Positions 28,509-41,900 of a stretch of 64,000 nt of DNA are shown here, piece by piece. The stretch comes from Antedon mediterranea (lineage: Eukaryota; Animalia; Echinodermata). Where the stretch lies: NCBI RefSeq assembly GCF_964355755.1, contig NC_092672.1:35222437-35286436 (forward strand), in the 5' to 3' direction. Under the pieces are notes generated by a model. It did not search any database. It saw only the letters and a program-made list of their open reading frames with translations, and had not been told where the DNA came from. Within the stretch, counting starts at the first letter, position 1, and every line of letters starts with the position of its first letter. A program made the position numbers and the translations under genes.

Positions 28509-29317
28509 ATGTGTTATGCGCGATTTGAACGATTTGCGCAATTTGAAATTGCGCAAAAAAAATCCTTGCGCAATTTGAATTGAAACATGTGTTTCAAATT
28601 GCGCAAGCAACGTATTAAATTGCGCAAGTAATCTGCAAATTGCGCAAGGTTTTTCGACAGATTGTGAAATCATGCACACCCATATTTTTATAGTAATTTC
28701 TAAGAATGATTCAAAATTAAAGATAAATATCGCATTTCCTTATTTTAGTAGTGCAAATATTGTTATAAGTTAGCATACCGTCGAAGAACCGACGAAGGAA
28801 AACGAAGCGGTGGTGTTCCACCAGGCGGGCGCAGCGCGGGCGGCCGGCTATACTACTCTAGCCTAGCTAGGGTTTGGACTACTGATACTGACTAGGTTAC
28901 ATGGCCTAGCTTAAACTAATATTAAAAACTTAAAAAGTGAGTATTAACATTATCTTCATTGAAATGGTCTTATTTACCCTATATAATAAAATACTAAATT
29001 TTAAACTCCTCTGCCTAGGCCTAGCCTAGCCATGTATGGGAAAATTTACAGTTCGTTTTCAAATTGCGCAAAGGTGTCATATTGCGCAAGAACTATCTTG
29101 CGCAATTTACAAATTGTGCAGCGCAATTTAAAATTGCGCAAAGATTTTCTTGCGCAATTTGAAATTGCGCAAGTTGATTGCGCAATTTCAAATTGCGCAA
29201 AAAAATCTTTGCGCAATTTTAAATTGCGCAAGAATTCTTTGCGCAATTTCAAATTGCGCAAGGATTTTTTTGCGCAATTTCAAATTGCGCAAATCGTTCA
29301 AATCGCGCATAACATAT
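28509..29317. mobile_element. Foldback-like element with arrays of TTGCGCAA subrepeats
   Basis: ~70-bp inverted termini (TGTTATGCGCGATTTGAACGATTTGCGCAATTTGAAATTGCGCAA...) and repeated AAATTGCGCAA units in both arms. Confidence 0.8.
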
Positions 29318-30366
29318 GTAATTAATTATTAAATAATAAATGAGCTTTTTTATTTTAAATGGAATTTTATATTTTTATATTTTGAATGAAAATTTGATGC
29401 AATTCAGATTTTTCTGCAATGCCACTCAAAAGTTGAGAGTTGAGGCAAAGCTAGACCTACAACAATTAAAATTTAACTGTAAAAAAGCCTCTCTTGAATA
29501 TAAATGAAATCTCCTCGCATGGTGAAAACTTTAGTGAGTGTTTGGCCCATGCAATGTTTAGTTGGCTATCATTATTAAAGTAAAGATATTTATTCAAGTT
29601 ATACCGATAAATCAATTGTATGACTACCGGATTATATCATTTAAAAAAATACTGGTACTGAAATTCAAAAAATTTTTTAAAATGTATGTTATTGCGCAAT
29701 AAAATATAAGTCTTCTTGGTCATTCACCCTATAAATGATGATACAGGGGCAAATCAACTGTATAATATTATTAGCAATCTTAATATTAAATATTAATAGA
29801 CAAAATATTTAAATGAAATTTGTATTAATTTTTATAAAATTCATCGATAACTTTTTTATTTTATTCAATCGAAACCAACAGTGATAATTACTGCCACTAA
29901 ATAACAGGTTTGATGCACAAAATTAATGCAAAATCCATCTTAAAAGATGGCAAACCACAGTACATCCCATGTATCCCTAATTATTCCATTCCAAAAAAAT
30001 ATGTCCATATTATTTGAATGATGAAGAATACAAAACATATTTTAAAAATTGTTTGTAAATACAGTAATTTTACAGCGTGTATTTATAAAAAAAAAACAAT
30101 GTTTTTATTTATATTAGTTTTCATAAGAATCACCTTTATATTGGTGGCAAACATCAATTTATTGTGCATCCATTTTATTTTTATTTATTTTATTTGTTTA
30201 TTATTGACAGTAAATGTAACAAATTTGTGTAATGTAAAAACTGTACATTCAATGATAATAATTCTGTGTATATTTTTTAAAATTTTCCTTAAAATCAATT
30301 ACAAGAAAGCTGTTAAATTACCATGATTTAATCCCAATAACTGTACATAGGAAAAGGTGTGTAAAC

Positions 30367-30583
30367 CAAGGCAAATTAAAAACAGGATCCTTAGCTCCGG
30401 AGATCAAAAGGATTAACTGTGGCTGCGACACAATAAGTTCCATGCCCCTTAGACAGACACTGCGCGCCGCCGAGAATATCATATGTCATATATACTGTGG
30501 GTATTTGTCGCAGCTAGACATAAGATCAAAGGAATGTTACGAGTTCCTATCTGGGCAAGGTGAGCTCAGTGTCCTGTTGTTAG
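30367..30583. mobile_element. TIR element family 2 copy
   Basis: Shares internal blocks with 17646-17900. Confidence 0.65.
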
Positions 30584-31599
30584 AGTCTTAGTGAGCACAA
30601 AAGGGTTACAATCCAATATGCTAATTGTGCTACAGTATTACAGAGCTTCTTAGAAGCATATAAAAACATGATGTTGTATAGTAGTTTCATCAAATTTTGC
30701 AATGATCAACATTTGTTATGTAATAATAATAAAAAAACTAAAAGTTTGAAACCATTCTGCATAAATTATTCTGAAAAAACCATCACTGCTAAAAACTGTA
30801 TACAGTGTGATTGTATAATGCTTGAGTGAGCAGCACAAATTTATATTAATTTTACATTACAATAAAGTGTGATATATCTACATACATGATACTCGATAAT
30901 ATAATAAAATAACGAGTTTAGCAGCTTGCATAAAATATTCTATAAGAACACGACTCGAGTATACAGACCTTTAGGAAGTCATTAGTTCTCTCTCTCTGAT
31001 GTCATCACTTCTATTTCCACCATTAATGATCAGATAAGGTACTCAAATTTGACAGATTTATTAAAGGAATATTTCATTTGGCTTTTTTAAGCATTTTTTT
31101 TTCTAGCGTGCCTTATAATTAAAATTATGAATATAAATACAAGGTTTACTAAATATAAATTATTATTATTATTATGAATATAATATAAAGTTTACTAAAC
31201 AAATTATTATTATGAATCTAGTATCTGCCTTAGACGTATTGGCTTATGCCTTTCCTCTGGTGAAGATGGGCACTAGACGAGAGAAGCCCCTGATCAGCCC
31301 TGGCTTTGTTTGAATCAAAGCTATTAATGGCGGTAATTAATCGCTGTTGGTTTTAATTGAATAAAATAAAATACAAGGTTTACTATTATCAATTATTAAT
31401 ATTATTATTATAAATATAAATACAAAGTTTACTAAATCAATCATTATTATGAATTATAATATTTGCTTCAATAAATAACAAAAGCATTCAGTCTAAAATA
31501 TTTTAATATTATTTGTTAGTAAATCATGTATCAGATAAATGATATCTCTCTGCACCCAGTGTGTAAACATAAAAGATAACCCAATCCTAAAGAATGAAG

Positions 31600-31860
31600 T
31601 AATAATAATACAGTTTTCTAGAGCGCACTTCGCCACCAAAGGGGATCAAGGTGCTTTTGAATGCTTTGACTGTAGTATACAATCACCTCATGATTAAATA
31701 AACAATAACATTGCGAATTTAAAATGGAAAAAATTAGCCCTTAAATGTATAAGCATGGGCAAAAAGATGAATTTTTAATAATTTTTTTAAATGAATCCAA
31801 GTTAGTACATTGGCGAATTGAGATGGGCAGTGTGTTCTAGAGTGATGTGGTAAAAGCTCT
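31600..31860 (-). mobile_element. LINE (L2/CR1-like) 3'-end fragment
   Basis: On the minus strand it ends in GCGCTCTAGAAAACTG(TAT)n. A second homologous copy lies at ~56185-56385. The clade assignment is tentative. Confidence 0.45.
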
Positions 31861-31870
31861 GTCACCATAA

Positions 31871-32018
31871 TGCTCTTTCTACACTATCAAACTTTATGTG
31901 ACAACAAAATGTGATGATGTCATATCACTACCATGTATTTGGGTATACAGTATCACTGCCATGTTTGGGCACCTCACACTTTTTTTGTCAAACTAGTTTG
32001 ATAGTGTAGACAAGGCTT
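31871..32018. mobile_element. MITE family 1 copy
   Basis: Family TIR and internal repeats. Confidence 0.75.
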
Positions 32019-32709
32019 TAAGAGTTGTTTGATATGCTGATGTATAGGTATAGGTATACTTACAACCACATAATATATTAATTACCATACCATTACCATT
32101 ATAATAAATGATTTATGATTCTTAATTTTGTCAGCTATAAATATATTAAAATAACCACAAAGAATTGAATAATATGTTAATTATCATAATAATGAAGTAA
32201 AAATTAATGTTCGCACTTTATAATGTTAAAATTCAGTATTTATACATTTTTAACACTACAAAAATAGAAAATTCAGTTCAAATTTGAATAAATGGTAAGT
32301 TAGTAGATGAACCAGTACAGTAAGTATTTCCACTCAGTACCTGGACACTAAATATGATTGGACACTCTGATCAGAAGCAGGTAAGGATGTGATGTCACTT
32401 CCTGTAGAGAAAGTATTTCCCATACATACTGGTTAAAAACAAGTATGGCAATACTGTACTGTACATACTACAAGGGGAACAACATTGATCTTAGCTACTG
32501 TATAACCAATAGATGGCTTTAGTAACAGATACCCAAAATTGAATCTAGTGTACCAGTAAGTGGTTGTCCAAAAACTTATGTACCGGTACTGCGATAGTCA
32601 CAATTTTTCCTTCTTAATTTCTATCGCGGTAGATATTCAAGTTGATATGTAAGAAGCGTTAATAAGTTCTGAAAAGGTAAAATAAGGCATGGTGACTATG
32701 TGGTATTAA

Positions 32710-33307
32710 AGCTCAGGTACAGGCATGAATTTTAAATATAATATTTGGTTAATTGTACATAAATCAAATATTTGTAACAGAAATCGAGTCGAAAAAACAT
32801 GAATTTCACTTAATATAGTCAAAAAAATACAACATTTGGCAAAGTTCTTCCATAAAAACCAGGAAGACTTTTTTTCAGTAGTTATGTAGTTAACCTAATG
32901 TAATAACATGTCTGGTGACTCCCTAGACGGTGAAAAAAGATGGTGGATATACGGGGGATAATTTTTGCTATAGCATGAAAATAAAAATCTGAAGTTGAAT
33001 AAAAATATCAGAAATGTAATATTCAAGTTATATTACCTATATTTAGTCATCTGATGACATTTTTTACCATACCGTTTATTTTTCATAGCTTTTTAAAATG
33101 CCTCTCTATTTACAAAATTTGTGTACAAAAGAATAGAGATTTTACTGTGTAATTTGAACTATCCCCCCACTGATAAGAAAGTGCTTATTTTCAACAAGCT
33201 CATGTAACACAAATAAAATCCCAAAAATTATGAAACATAGGGGAAACTATAGATCGATAATTATTGGAATGTATGATCAATATAAATTTTTTGCCAGCAC
33301 CTGGCCT
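32710..33307. mobile_element. Old TTAA-flanked (Kolobok-like) element
   Basis: TTAA on both sides and an imperfect TIR AGCTCAGGTACAGGCA / TGCCAGCACCTGGCCT. Confidence 0.5.
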
Positions 33308-33382
33308 TTAACATCTAGTTTTTATTATCATCGTTTTATTATTTTGCCTTGTTGTTTGAATAATAATTGTATTTTAATTATT

Positions 33383-33483
33383 TTTAGTCGCGTGAAACAC
33401 GACTCTACAGCTCACTATGTCAGTCGGTTGGTTAGTAAACACTAACTTGAGCACGCGACTGTAGCCATGTAATGGCCTTGTTT
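33383..33483 (+). mobile_element. Short Helentron/HINE-like element
   Basis: Subterminal inverted pair AGTCGCGTG / CACGCGACT, a GTCGGTTGGTT microsatellite and a 3' GCCAT...ATGGCCTTGTT hairpin. The 3' half is repeated at ~57522-57597. Confidence 0.55.
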
Positions 33484-35044
33484 ACCATAAACATACTGTA
33501 TAAGACTTGCTTCATATTATAATTATCAATAAAATACTGTCAGCATTACAGCATCACATGATGTATTAGTAAGTAGCTTCGTTACCAGGTTTACGAGCAG
33601 TCCAAGTGGGTTGTTAATTAGGTTACCAGCCATTAGGTTCAATAAACAGACCATGTCCAATCAAACAATATTTAATTACAGTTGTCATTTGAAGCTTGTT
33701 TTGCCAGAAAGATTTACCGGAATATATTGGATTCCCAATCGGACTTTAAAAATGTTGTATAAAGATAAATCATATAAACACATGTCTTGCTTAGGCTTAG
33801 CAATTTACATGTAAGAGTAAGCAGATAGTATACTTTGTCAATTAGATTACTGTATAATCCCACTCCTAGAATAAGAAATTGGGCTGATTTTGGGGGTGGG
33901 ACTATAGGCCTACCCGGGGAAAGCCTGGTTCACACAACAAATGATTGGTATGGTATTTGGTAAGCATTTCTTGTAAAAACTCATCTTAACTGGATAGAGA
34001 GAGGCCTACATCCAGACCAAAAGTCAATACTGGGACTATACCCAGAGATACAGTATGCCTATTTGTGAAATCAGACATGAAGTAGAGGTGGGGTTAAACC
34101 CAAAATGGGATTATACCCGACGATATACGGTATTGTTTGGTATTAATACAATTGTACTTGTTTTTAGATAAAAAAATATCTCTACCTGTAGGTTATCCTT
34201 ATCTGTTTTAGCAGAAAGAGAAAATATCGGTGATTCATGCTTAGACCATCATGTGATTTTCAATCGACAGTGGCATACTGTACTGTAATATTAAACATTC
34301 AGTTTTTTAAATCGTTTTACTGTATGGCATCTACGGTATATAACATTTCAGAAGCTACTTCTTTATTCGTTATTCTTTATCCCGACAACCAACAGTACAA
34401 AGTACCAATGACAGGTTGATATTAAGATATACATTTACACTTGTGTCTCCTTAAAAAAAAATCCTACTGTACAATACATCTCACTCTTTGAGGAGAAAGG
34501 GCTATTGTCGGTTTATCCAGGTAAACTAGGCACGAAATAGACATATCATTTTATATAATAAAATAATGGATTGTATTGTATGTAGGATTTTAAACCTTGT
34601 AAATTTATTCTGATTTCTAATAAATTATTAGAAGTCATAAATTATGTTCAAGGAATACAATATTATCACTTTGTAGCCTTGGATACCTGCGTCTATAAAT
34701 AAAAATTAACTGGAAATACAAATTTCCTGTAATGGCTTTATTTCGAATAAAAGGAAGTTATTGCTGCTGTAAATACATTATCATTTAATGATTAAAAATA
34801 CTTGCATAATCTACAGTACAGTACTGTAGTATCATACATGATGTATCATCTACAGTAAAGTAGGTGAAAGGTGGAAGATTTAAACAAATAATTCTTAGCT
34901 TTTCAAATTATCAGTATTAGCATGGAGCAGTACAGTATATTTATTATGGTAATATTTTTTAGCGTATACAGTAGTAATACATGGTGGGTTCATTGTGCAC
35001 AATGCTTTAATTAAGCTGAAAAAAACCGTCTCCTTAGATCTTAA

Positions 35045-35251
35045 AGCTTGGTTACCACTAGCGACGCAACACAACACAATCTACACAACGTAAGCAAATG
35101 CCCTTCTAATAATTGTGTTTGTCCCCTCCTGCGTGAAATCAGACCTGCGATTTTTGCAGCACTATTGCGTCGTCGGTTCCCACTTGTAATTACACAATAC
35201 AGCACTTTGCGTCGATACGTCGCTGCGTTGCGTCCTAGTGGGAACCACGCT
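35045..35251. mobile_element. MITE family 3 (AGCTTGGTTCCCACTAG...CTAGTGGGAACCACGCT), Harbinger-like
   Basis: Inverted termini with TAA/TTA flanks. Other copies or remnants at ~36230-36302, 36985-37015, 55130-55250, 56595-56752 and 56779-56917. Confidence 0.75.
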
Positions 35252-35336
35252 TTAGAATGCCAAATTGTGCATCCCACAATGGTGGTGCGCTGTCAATGAT
35301 TTATGTTCCTGTATTAAATTGATAAAATAAAACTAA

Positions 35337-35774
35337 AGGCCCATTTACACTAGAACGATAACGATCGACGATAAATAGGTAATCATGCATTTTTCTTAAA
35401 TAATACAAAAGAAATTGGAAAGGTTTTAGGATAATTATTTATGCTGGCTTTGATAAAAATAACATTTTTTTAAACCTAATCAAATGACGTGATGATGAAT
35501 AAAAACAATAAAATCGTTGTATTGTCACGATATTATTGCTCTTATTAATCATTGTCATGATGTTGTTATTAGTCATTTGATGGGATGTGAAAATATCATT
35601 TTCATCAAAGAGAGCATAGATGGTTGTGCTATAGTTATAGGATGAAAACTTGTTAGATTTCTTTTGTTTTATCATAGAGATATTATAGTACAGTATATCT
35701 GTGGTTTTATGTATGAAAATTGAATGTTTACAGTATTTATCGTCGATTGTTATCATCCTAGTGTAAATGGGCCT
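35337..35774. mobile_element. PIF/Harbinger-type MITE
   Basis: TIR AGGCCCATTTACACTAG / CTAGTGTAAATGGGCCT with a TAA duplication on both sides. Confidence 0.85.
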
Positions 35775-36984
35775 TAATACTATAATTAGGCTGTATTGTA
35801 GGAGCTGTATTTAGAAGTATGTATGTAGTATTATCTTTAATAGAGCATTGCACACAAACAGGATCTACAGTATATTTTGACGCGATTCACTATTTCATCG
35901 GAAAACTTTTAAAAGCAAACAACTTTCTCTGAAAAGCAAACAGATTCACTTTAATCCTGTTAAATGCCAAGTTTAGATTATATCCCATTAATGGATAATA
36001 ATAAAAAATCATTGAGTGAGTGATGATGTAATAATATTTGAATGTGTGTTAATGTTTGCTTTCATTATTGGTTTATTTATTGATTTAAAAATCAATTTTG
36101 TTGTTTGTTTTATTTATTGAGTTTAATATAGACAATAACATTTTAAAGATTTATATTGTTGGGATTTATAGAAATGACGTCATAATCGCACAGCAAGTAA
36201 TTTAATAACCATGACGCGATGGATCATGCAAACCGTCAGTTGTCATTGGTCAACTCACTTGCGCTTACGTCGCTGCATTGCGTCCAAGTACGAAACAAGC
36301 TTTAGATCGATTTCAAAGGCTGTTAGTGTGTTCACACTTTATACTGACAGCATTTCATATTTGTTGGATGTCTCCATTACTTAATATTGATTTAGTTTTT
36401 TGTTCCAGTTCATTAGATCTTCAGTGATGGGTCAATAAAACACTTGATACTTCACATGTGATGTACCCAAAAATGGCAGTGATATGACATCATCATGTCC
36501 ATTTATGGGCACTTCACATTTTTTTGTCACATACAGTTTTATAGTGTGGACAGAGCTTTACTAATCTAAAAGTTCTATTGGGTGTTCTAGGTTTTGAGTT
36601 TGTGATATTTTTTCGCTTTCAATAATTTTATGAAAACACTAGAAATACTACAGTACAGAGGAATCTCATATTATATTCTTTCATCTTGCTCAGTGATGTA
36701 ATTGCTACAGTATGAGCATTCACTGGCTAAACCCAGGGGGCTCAGACCTTAAGGGACATGAGAGCATGAGCAGCCTATACAACTGTATAGCATTCGAGTT
36801 CCCCCTTTATGAGTGCTAAATCAGGGGTCTTCTAAATAAGATACTGTAGTACTACAAGCATGCTTAAAAAATATCCCCACTCATCTGTAAATTTCGTTCA
36901 TGCCAAGTAATTTGACCTATCACAAGTTTTTGCTCAATCCAAGCCATCGTTTGTCACCATTATCCGTCAAATTGGCATCGGCAT

Positions 36985-37410
36985 CCTTGCGTTGCATCCT
37001 AGTGGGAACCACGCTGTAATAGTTTTTACTAATGATACATCTTTAGGCGTAGTGAGTACATAATGATATCATTGTACTATAGGTCTGTCACTAGTTTGTA
37101 CCTTGCGTCCTAGTGGGAACCATGCTTTAGTAGTGTTTACTATGATACAGTACATCCTTACGCATAGTGAGTACAGAATAATATAAGTTTACTGTATGTG
37201 TGCATGCAGTCACGCGTTTGTACCTTGTGTCCTAGTGGGAACCATGCTTTAGTAGTTTTTGTACTAAAGATACATCCTTGTGCATAGTGAGTACTTTGTG
37301 ATTGTTGTAATATTCATTTACTGTTATTAGTTTGTACCTTGTGTCTTAATGAAAACCGTGCTTAAGTAGTTTTTTGTACTGTACTACAATACATCCTTGC
37401 ACATTGTGAG
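36985..37410. repeat. Degenerate ~115-bp tandem repeat built on a MITE family 3 terminus
   Basis: CTAGTGGGAACC recurs at ~36999, 37110, 37232 and (degenerate) 37346, each followed by TAGTAGT...TACATCCTT...TAGTGAGTAC. Confidence 0.7.
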
Positions 37411-38845
37411 TGAGGCATAATGCTATTGTACTGTACTGTGTGTGTGTGTGCATTTATTGTTAAATGCTTTGAACTCGTTGGTTGCAATGTAAATAATTAT
37501 TAAATTTATTGATACCCTATTCAAATGTTTAGTTGACATATTTGCTCATGACATTGTAATTGAAAATTGATATAATTAAAACCAACACAATCTATCGAAA
37601 CTGCCATTAATAAATCATAATATGTATCATGTTACATTGATTGATAGTAAGTGCCAACTCAGCATTTTATTAGTACCGTAGTGCTGACGACATTGTTGTC
37701 TTTGTAATTTGATACACTGTAATTACATTTAGTTTGAAAGTGTGATGTGCCCAAATATGGTAGTGATATGCCCAAATATAGTAGTGATATGACATCATGT
37801 CCATGGCACATCACATTTTGTTGTCGCATAGAGTTTGATAGTTTAGACAGAGTTTAAGATAAACAGTACCTGAATCAAGTGTTATGAATTGAATCAATAT
37901 TAGTAATTTTTATTTCAATACCCTGTTAAGGAAAAAATAATAATGTATTACTATCTTAGCTTAAAAGCAACAAAAAAAAAATGCCATGTAAGGTTGTAAT
38001 TTCATTAATTTTTTTTTTATTGTTTTTTTGTTTTATTTTATTTTTAAAACCAGAAACAACAGCAGAAACAAATCCGCCATACAGCTTGGTTTAACAGATA
38101 CAATACAATTACAACAACTCAGAAACACTTAAATTACGACGAAACAGATAAAGATTGGAATTAAAAATGTCAATATGGGGATGGGCCTGGACTAAACTAT
38201 TATAATATAAACTTAATCTACTGATGTAACCATTTTTTAGAACATTGACTCTACAAAAGGGAACACAAAGGATATTGTTGTTTCTTAAGTTACGGGCGGG
38301 AACACGAATACCGAAATTGGAGATAAAGTTGCAGTCAAAAATAGAATGAAGACATTTAAAAAGAAAAATAATTTGCTAATAAGTACAGTCATTCCTCAAT
38401 AGATTGAATAGCATTGAATGTTAATCATTGTGATTGCCATCCTACAGTATAAATTATCATTACAGTAGTATACAGGTATACAGGATTTCACAATTGTAAA
38501 TAGTTTTATATCTGTTTTCTTTCTTTTTGTTTTTCTTTTATATTTTATTTTTGTTGTAACTATGTTTACTGAACCACTTTGGAAATCAGTACATTTGTAT
38601 TGAAAGTGTATTTCAGTTTAAAGAAAGAACAAATAAATTAAAAAAAAAATAATACAGTATTAATATTTTTTTTTCTTTTTATTATTTTTAGGTTACAAAT
38701 AAAGTGAACTCATTTCGGAGCAATGCAGCCTGGCATAAACAGAAAGATTTTAATGATGAAGTACTTTGATGTTAAACTGAATTATTTTGTGTATTTAATA
38801 GAAAGATGAACAAGTAACATTTCTACATTTGAGAATATAAAAACA

Positions 38846-40611
38846 ATGCGAATGGCGCGTCACAGTAAAATGAGGACGTTGTTGACAGTGGCGCTGACTG
38901 CGGTAGTGACTATTATGATAACGCAGAATATGTGCGACGTTCCCGACGGTAAAGGGAAGATGGTTCCTAAGGAATCGGTGAAAACTATAGAGGATAGCGA
39001 TAATAAAGTTTATGAATATCACAAGGACATGCCGCTGATTTTTATCGGTGGAATGCCACGTAGTGGAACCACGTTAATGCGTGCAATGTTGGATGCTCAT
39101 CCTGATATACGTTGCGGAGAGGAGACGCGTCTTGTTCCTAGGTTACTCGGCATGCGTGTTCAATGGAAGAAATCAAAGAAAGAACAAACAAGACTTTTAG
39201 AAGCCGGTTTAACCGATACCGTCATTGATGATGCGTTGAGGGCGTTTATTTTAGAAATTATTGCAAAACATGGCGATCCTGCTCCGAGACTTTGCAATAA
39301 AGATCCTTTTACGCTTAAATCTATGGTATATCTTAGAACGCTGTTTCCAAACGCTCAGTACGTTTTTATGATACGCGATGGCCGAGCTACTGTTAATTCC
39401 ATAATATCACGCAAAGTGACGATATCCGGTTTTGATATAACGAGTTGGCGTGATTGCCTTAAGAAGTGGAACTCGGCCGTCGAAGCCATGCACAACCAGT
39501 GTATGAGTGTAGGCTCACGTTATTGTTTACCTGTCTACTATGAACAGTTAGTATTACATCCAGAAGAATGGATGAAAAAGATTTTAAAGTTTTTGAATAC
39601 TGATTTTGATGAATCGGTTTTGCACCATGAAAAACAAGTTGGGAAACCTGGTGGAATTAGCTTGTCAAAGTGAGTAATTATTATTAATCTTTCGATTTAT
39701 GACGACCGACGGCCAAACTATTTCACGTTGTTTCATTCTGCGCATGCACGTTGATACAGGTTTGATGGTTTCTAAGTTTAGACAACAAACGATGACACAT
39801 CGATTGACTTGACCTAGGTTGGTTGTCGCAAATGGGAAGCTCCCTAATGACACAGTATACATTAACTATGTTCACTTGGCTAATCAGCTAATTAGATTCG
39901 ACCCCTTCCTGCTATCCCTCTAGCCCAATTGTAACCATACAAGAGCAGTTATTCTGCATCCATCTTTCAAACTTCAGGCTCCCTTTTCATTACCCACTTT
40001 ACCATTTTAATCTAAAACATTTAAATAAACATTTTTAATATTACTGTGAAAACTTTACACTTTTTGTCATTTTTTAGTTCATTTATGTACATGTATCTTT
40101 TTAATCAAATTTGCTGACAACCGAAATTTCTTGGTTTTTAACGAAGAAAAACAAATATTATATTTTATACATTTTTCTTATTTTTTTTTCTTCTGAATTT
40201 AGAAAAGAACGATCAACAGATCAAGTTATAAAACCTGTAAATCTCGATGCACTAACGTCATGGGTTGGAAAAGTTCCGCATGACGTGCTTAAGGACATGG
40301 CTAGTATAGCACCCATGTTGTACACCCTAGGATACGACCCACATGCCAACCCACCAAATTACGGTAACCCCGATCAATTTGTACTAGAAAACACAAAAGA
40401 AATACATAGAAACGCACAAAAATACAAAGAAAAGTTAAAGGAAGTGATTGGGGATGAACCGCAAGAACCGGATGACGCCCCAAAAAAACGGAAAGACAAA
40501 CCACTACCACAGCGAATGCCAAATAGACCGCAAATGAGAGGGCGTCCTGATATAAGACGGCCCCCACCTCGTAGAGGAAACCTTCCCATTGCAAGAAATA
40601 AATTTGAATAA
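38846..40611 (+). CDS. TPST: Protein-tyrosine sulfotransferase (TPST1/2 family)
   Basis: Exons 38846-39669 and 40203-40611. Type II TM anchor, PAPS-binding motif [36 protein letters not shown], and [17 protein letters not shown] across the junction. Confidence 0.96.
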
Positions 40612-41734
40612 CAATAGTGGTTGAAATAATGTACGTACTGTAAACACAAACAAGAAATAGAAACGTTCAGTCCTCTGGGAAATTCCCATCCTAATGGGAA
40701 ATACCCATCCTCGTGGGAAAACCCCATCATCCAATCAATGGCTATATTGTATGATACATAAAGTATAGTAGATTTTAATTGTATCAGGATGACTACTGTG
40801 GCTTATGGACATGTTTTCATTTATTATCTAATATTTGGATGCTGCTTAAAAGTAAACATTTTCAACATTCAAAAGGAACGCTTAATTTATATTCAAAATG
40901 GAAGTATCTAACAATCCTTTTAGAAAAACAAAGTGTGTTATTGTAAATTTATCTGTGGAATTAAATGTTGCGTGAATTTGTTAATCAGATTGCCAGTTGT
41001 GTAAGTACTGAATTCCGTAAATGTCATCAAATTACTTTGAAGGTCTGTCTATGATGCGTATGGAAAGTTATATTGTACCGCCGTCAACCATATGTCCCAA
41101 GTCTCCTGATAATCGCACCAACAGATTGAGAACACACACACAATTAGCTGTATTTGTATTTGAGCTAAATATTTTGATAGTATAGTATCACCATATAAGA
41201 GCATTTTTAGGCTGAAACCTGCTAAATTATGCAAATATCTGAGCCTAAAAAAATGTACTGGTACTTACAGAATAAGGATAACAATAGAATGGTTTGTTGG
41301 ACAGAAGCAATGATACTAAAATAAAAATCAATATCACTGGTAACATAGAAAAATATCTATGAAAAAGGTCATAATAGTTACTATATATTTAGAGAATAAA
41401 ATGTAGAAGAATATATAACAGCAAACGGTAGGGTATACTAATTAGTTTGATTGTGATAATATATGTGAGGCAAGCCATTGTGATTTAACATTCAAATGTG
41501 TATAATATCCCATGATCTACAGTTGTATAATCCCATTCTCAGGTATAATCCCACCTCCTCATTTAGGCTAAATTCGGACTTAAGACTTTAGTAAATATGC
41601 AATCCTGGTATAATCTCACTCTCTAATATTTCCATAATTTCATAAACAGAAACAGGATTGGAACTATACTTAGTTATAACAAAGGATTGTGGGTCACACG
41701 ATAATCAATAAATACTTCATTGAACCCATGTGAT

Positions 41735-41900
41735 ATGTGCAGTTTCGTTATGTGCGAGTGCAAATTTGTACTATGTGCATATTTGTTATTTGCGAGTGCA
41801 AATTTGTACTATGTGCATTTTGGTTATATGCGAGTGCAAATTTTTAATGCATTTTTGTTATAATGAGTGCAAATTTGTACACACTATGTGCATTCATTGT
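41735..41900. repeat. Short tandem repeat (TGCGAGTGCAAATTTGTACTATGTGCAT-like)
   Basis: About four degenerate copies. Confidence 0.7.

Noticed and set aside
28497-29332. Several LRNFKLRK-type ORFs
   Set aside because: By-products of the TTGCGCAA subrepeats in a non-autonomous element. No transposase motifs.
40301-40734. Three minus-strand ORFs
   Set aside because: Antisense to TPST exon 2 and its UTR, with no independent evidence.
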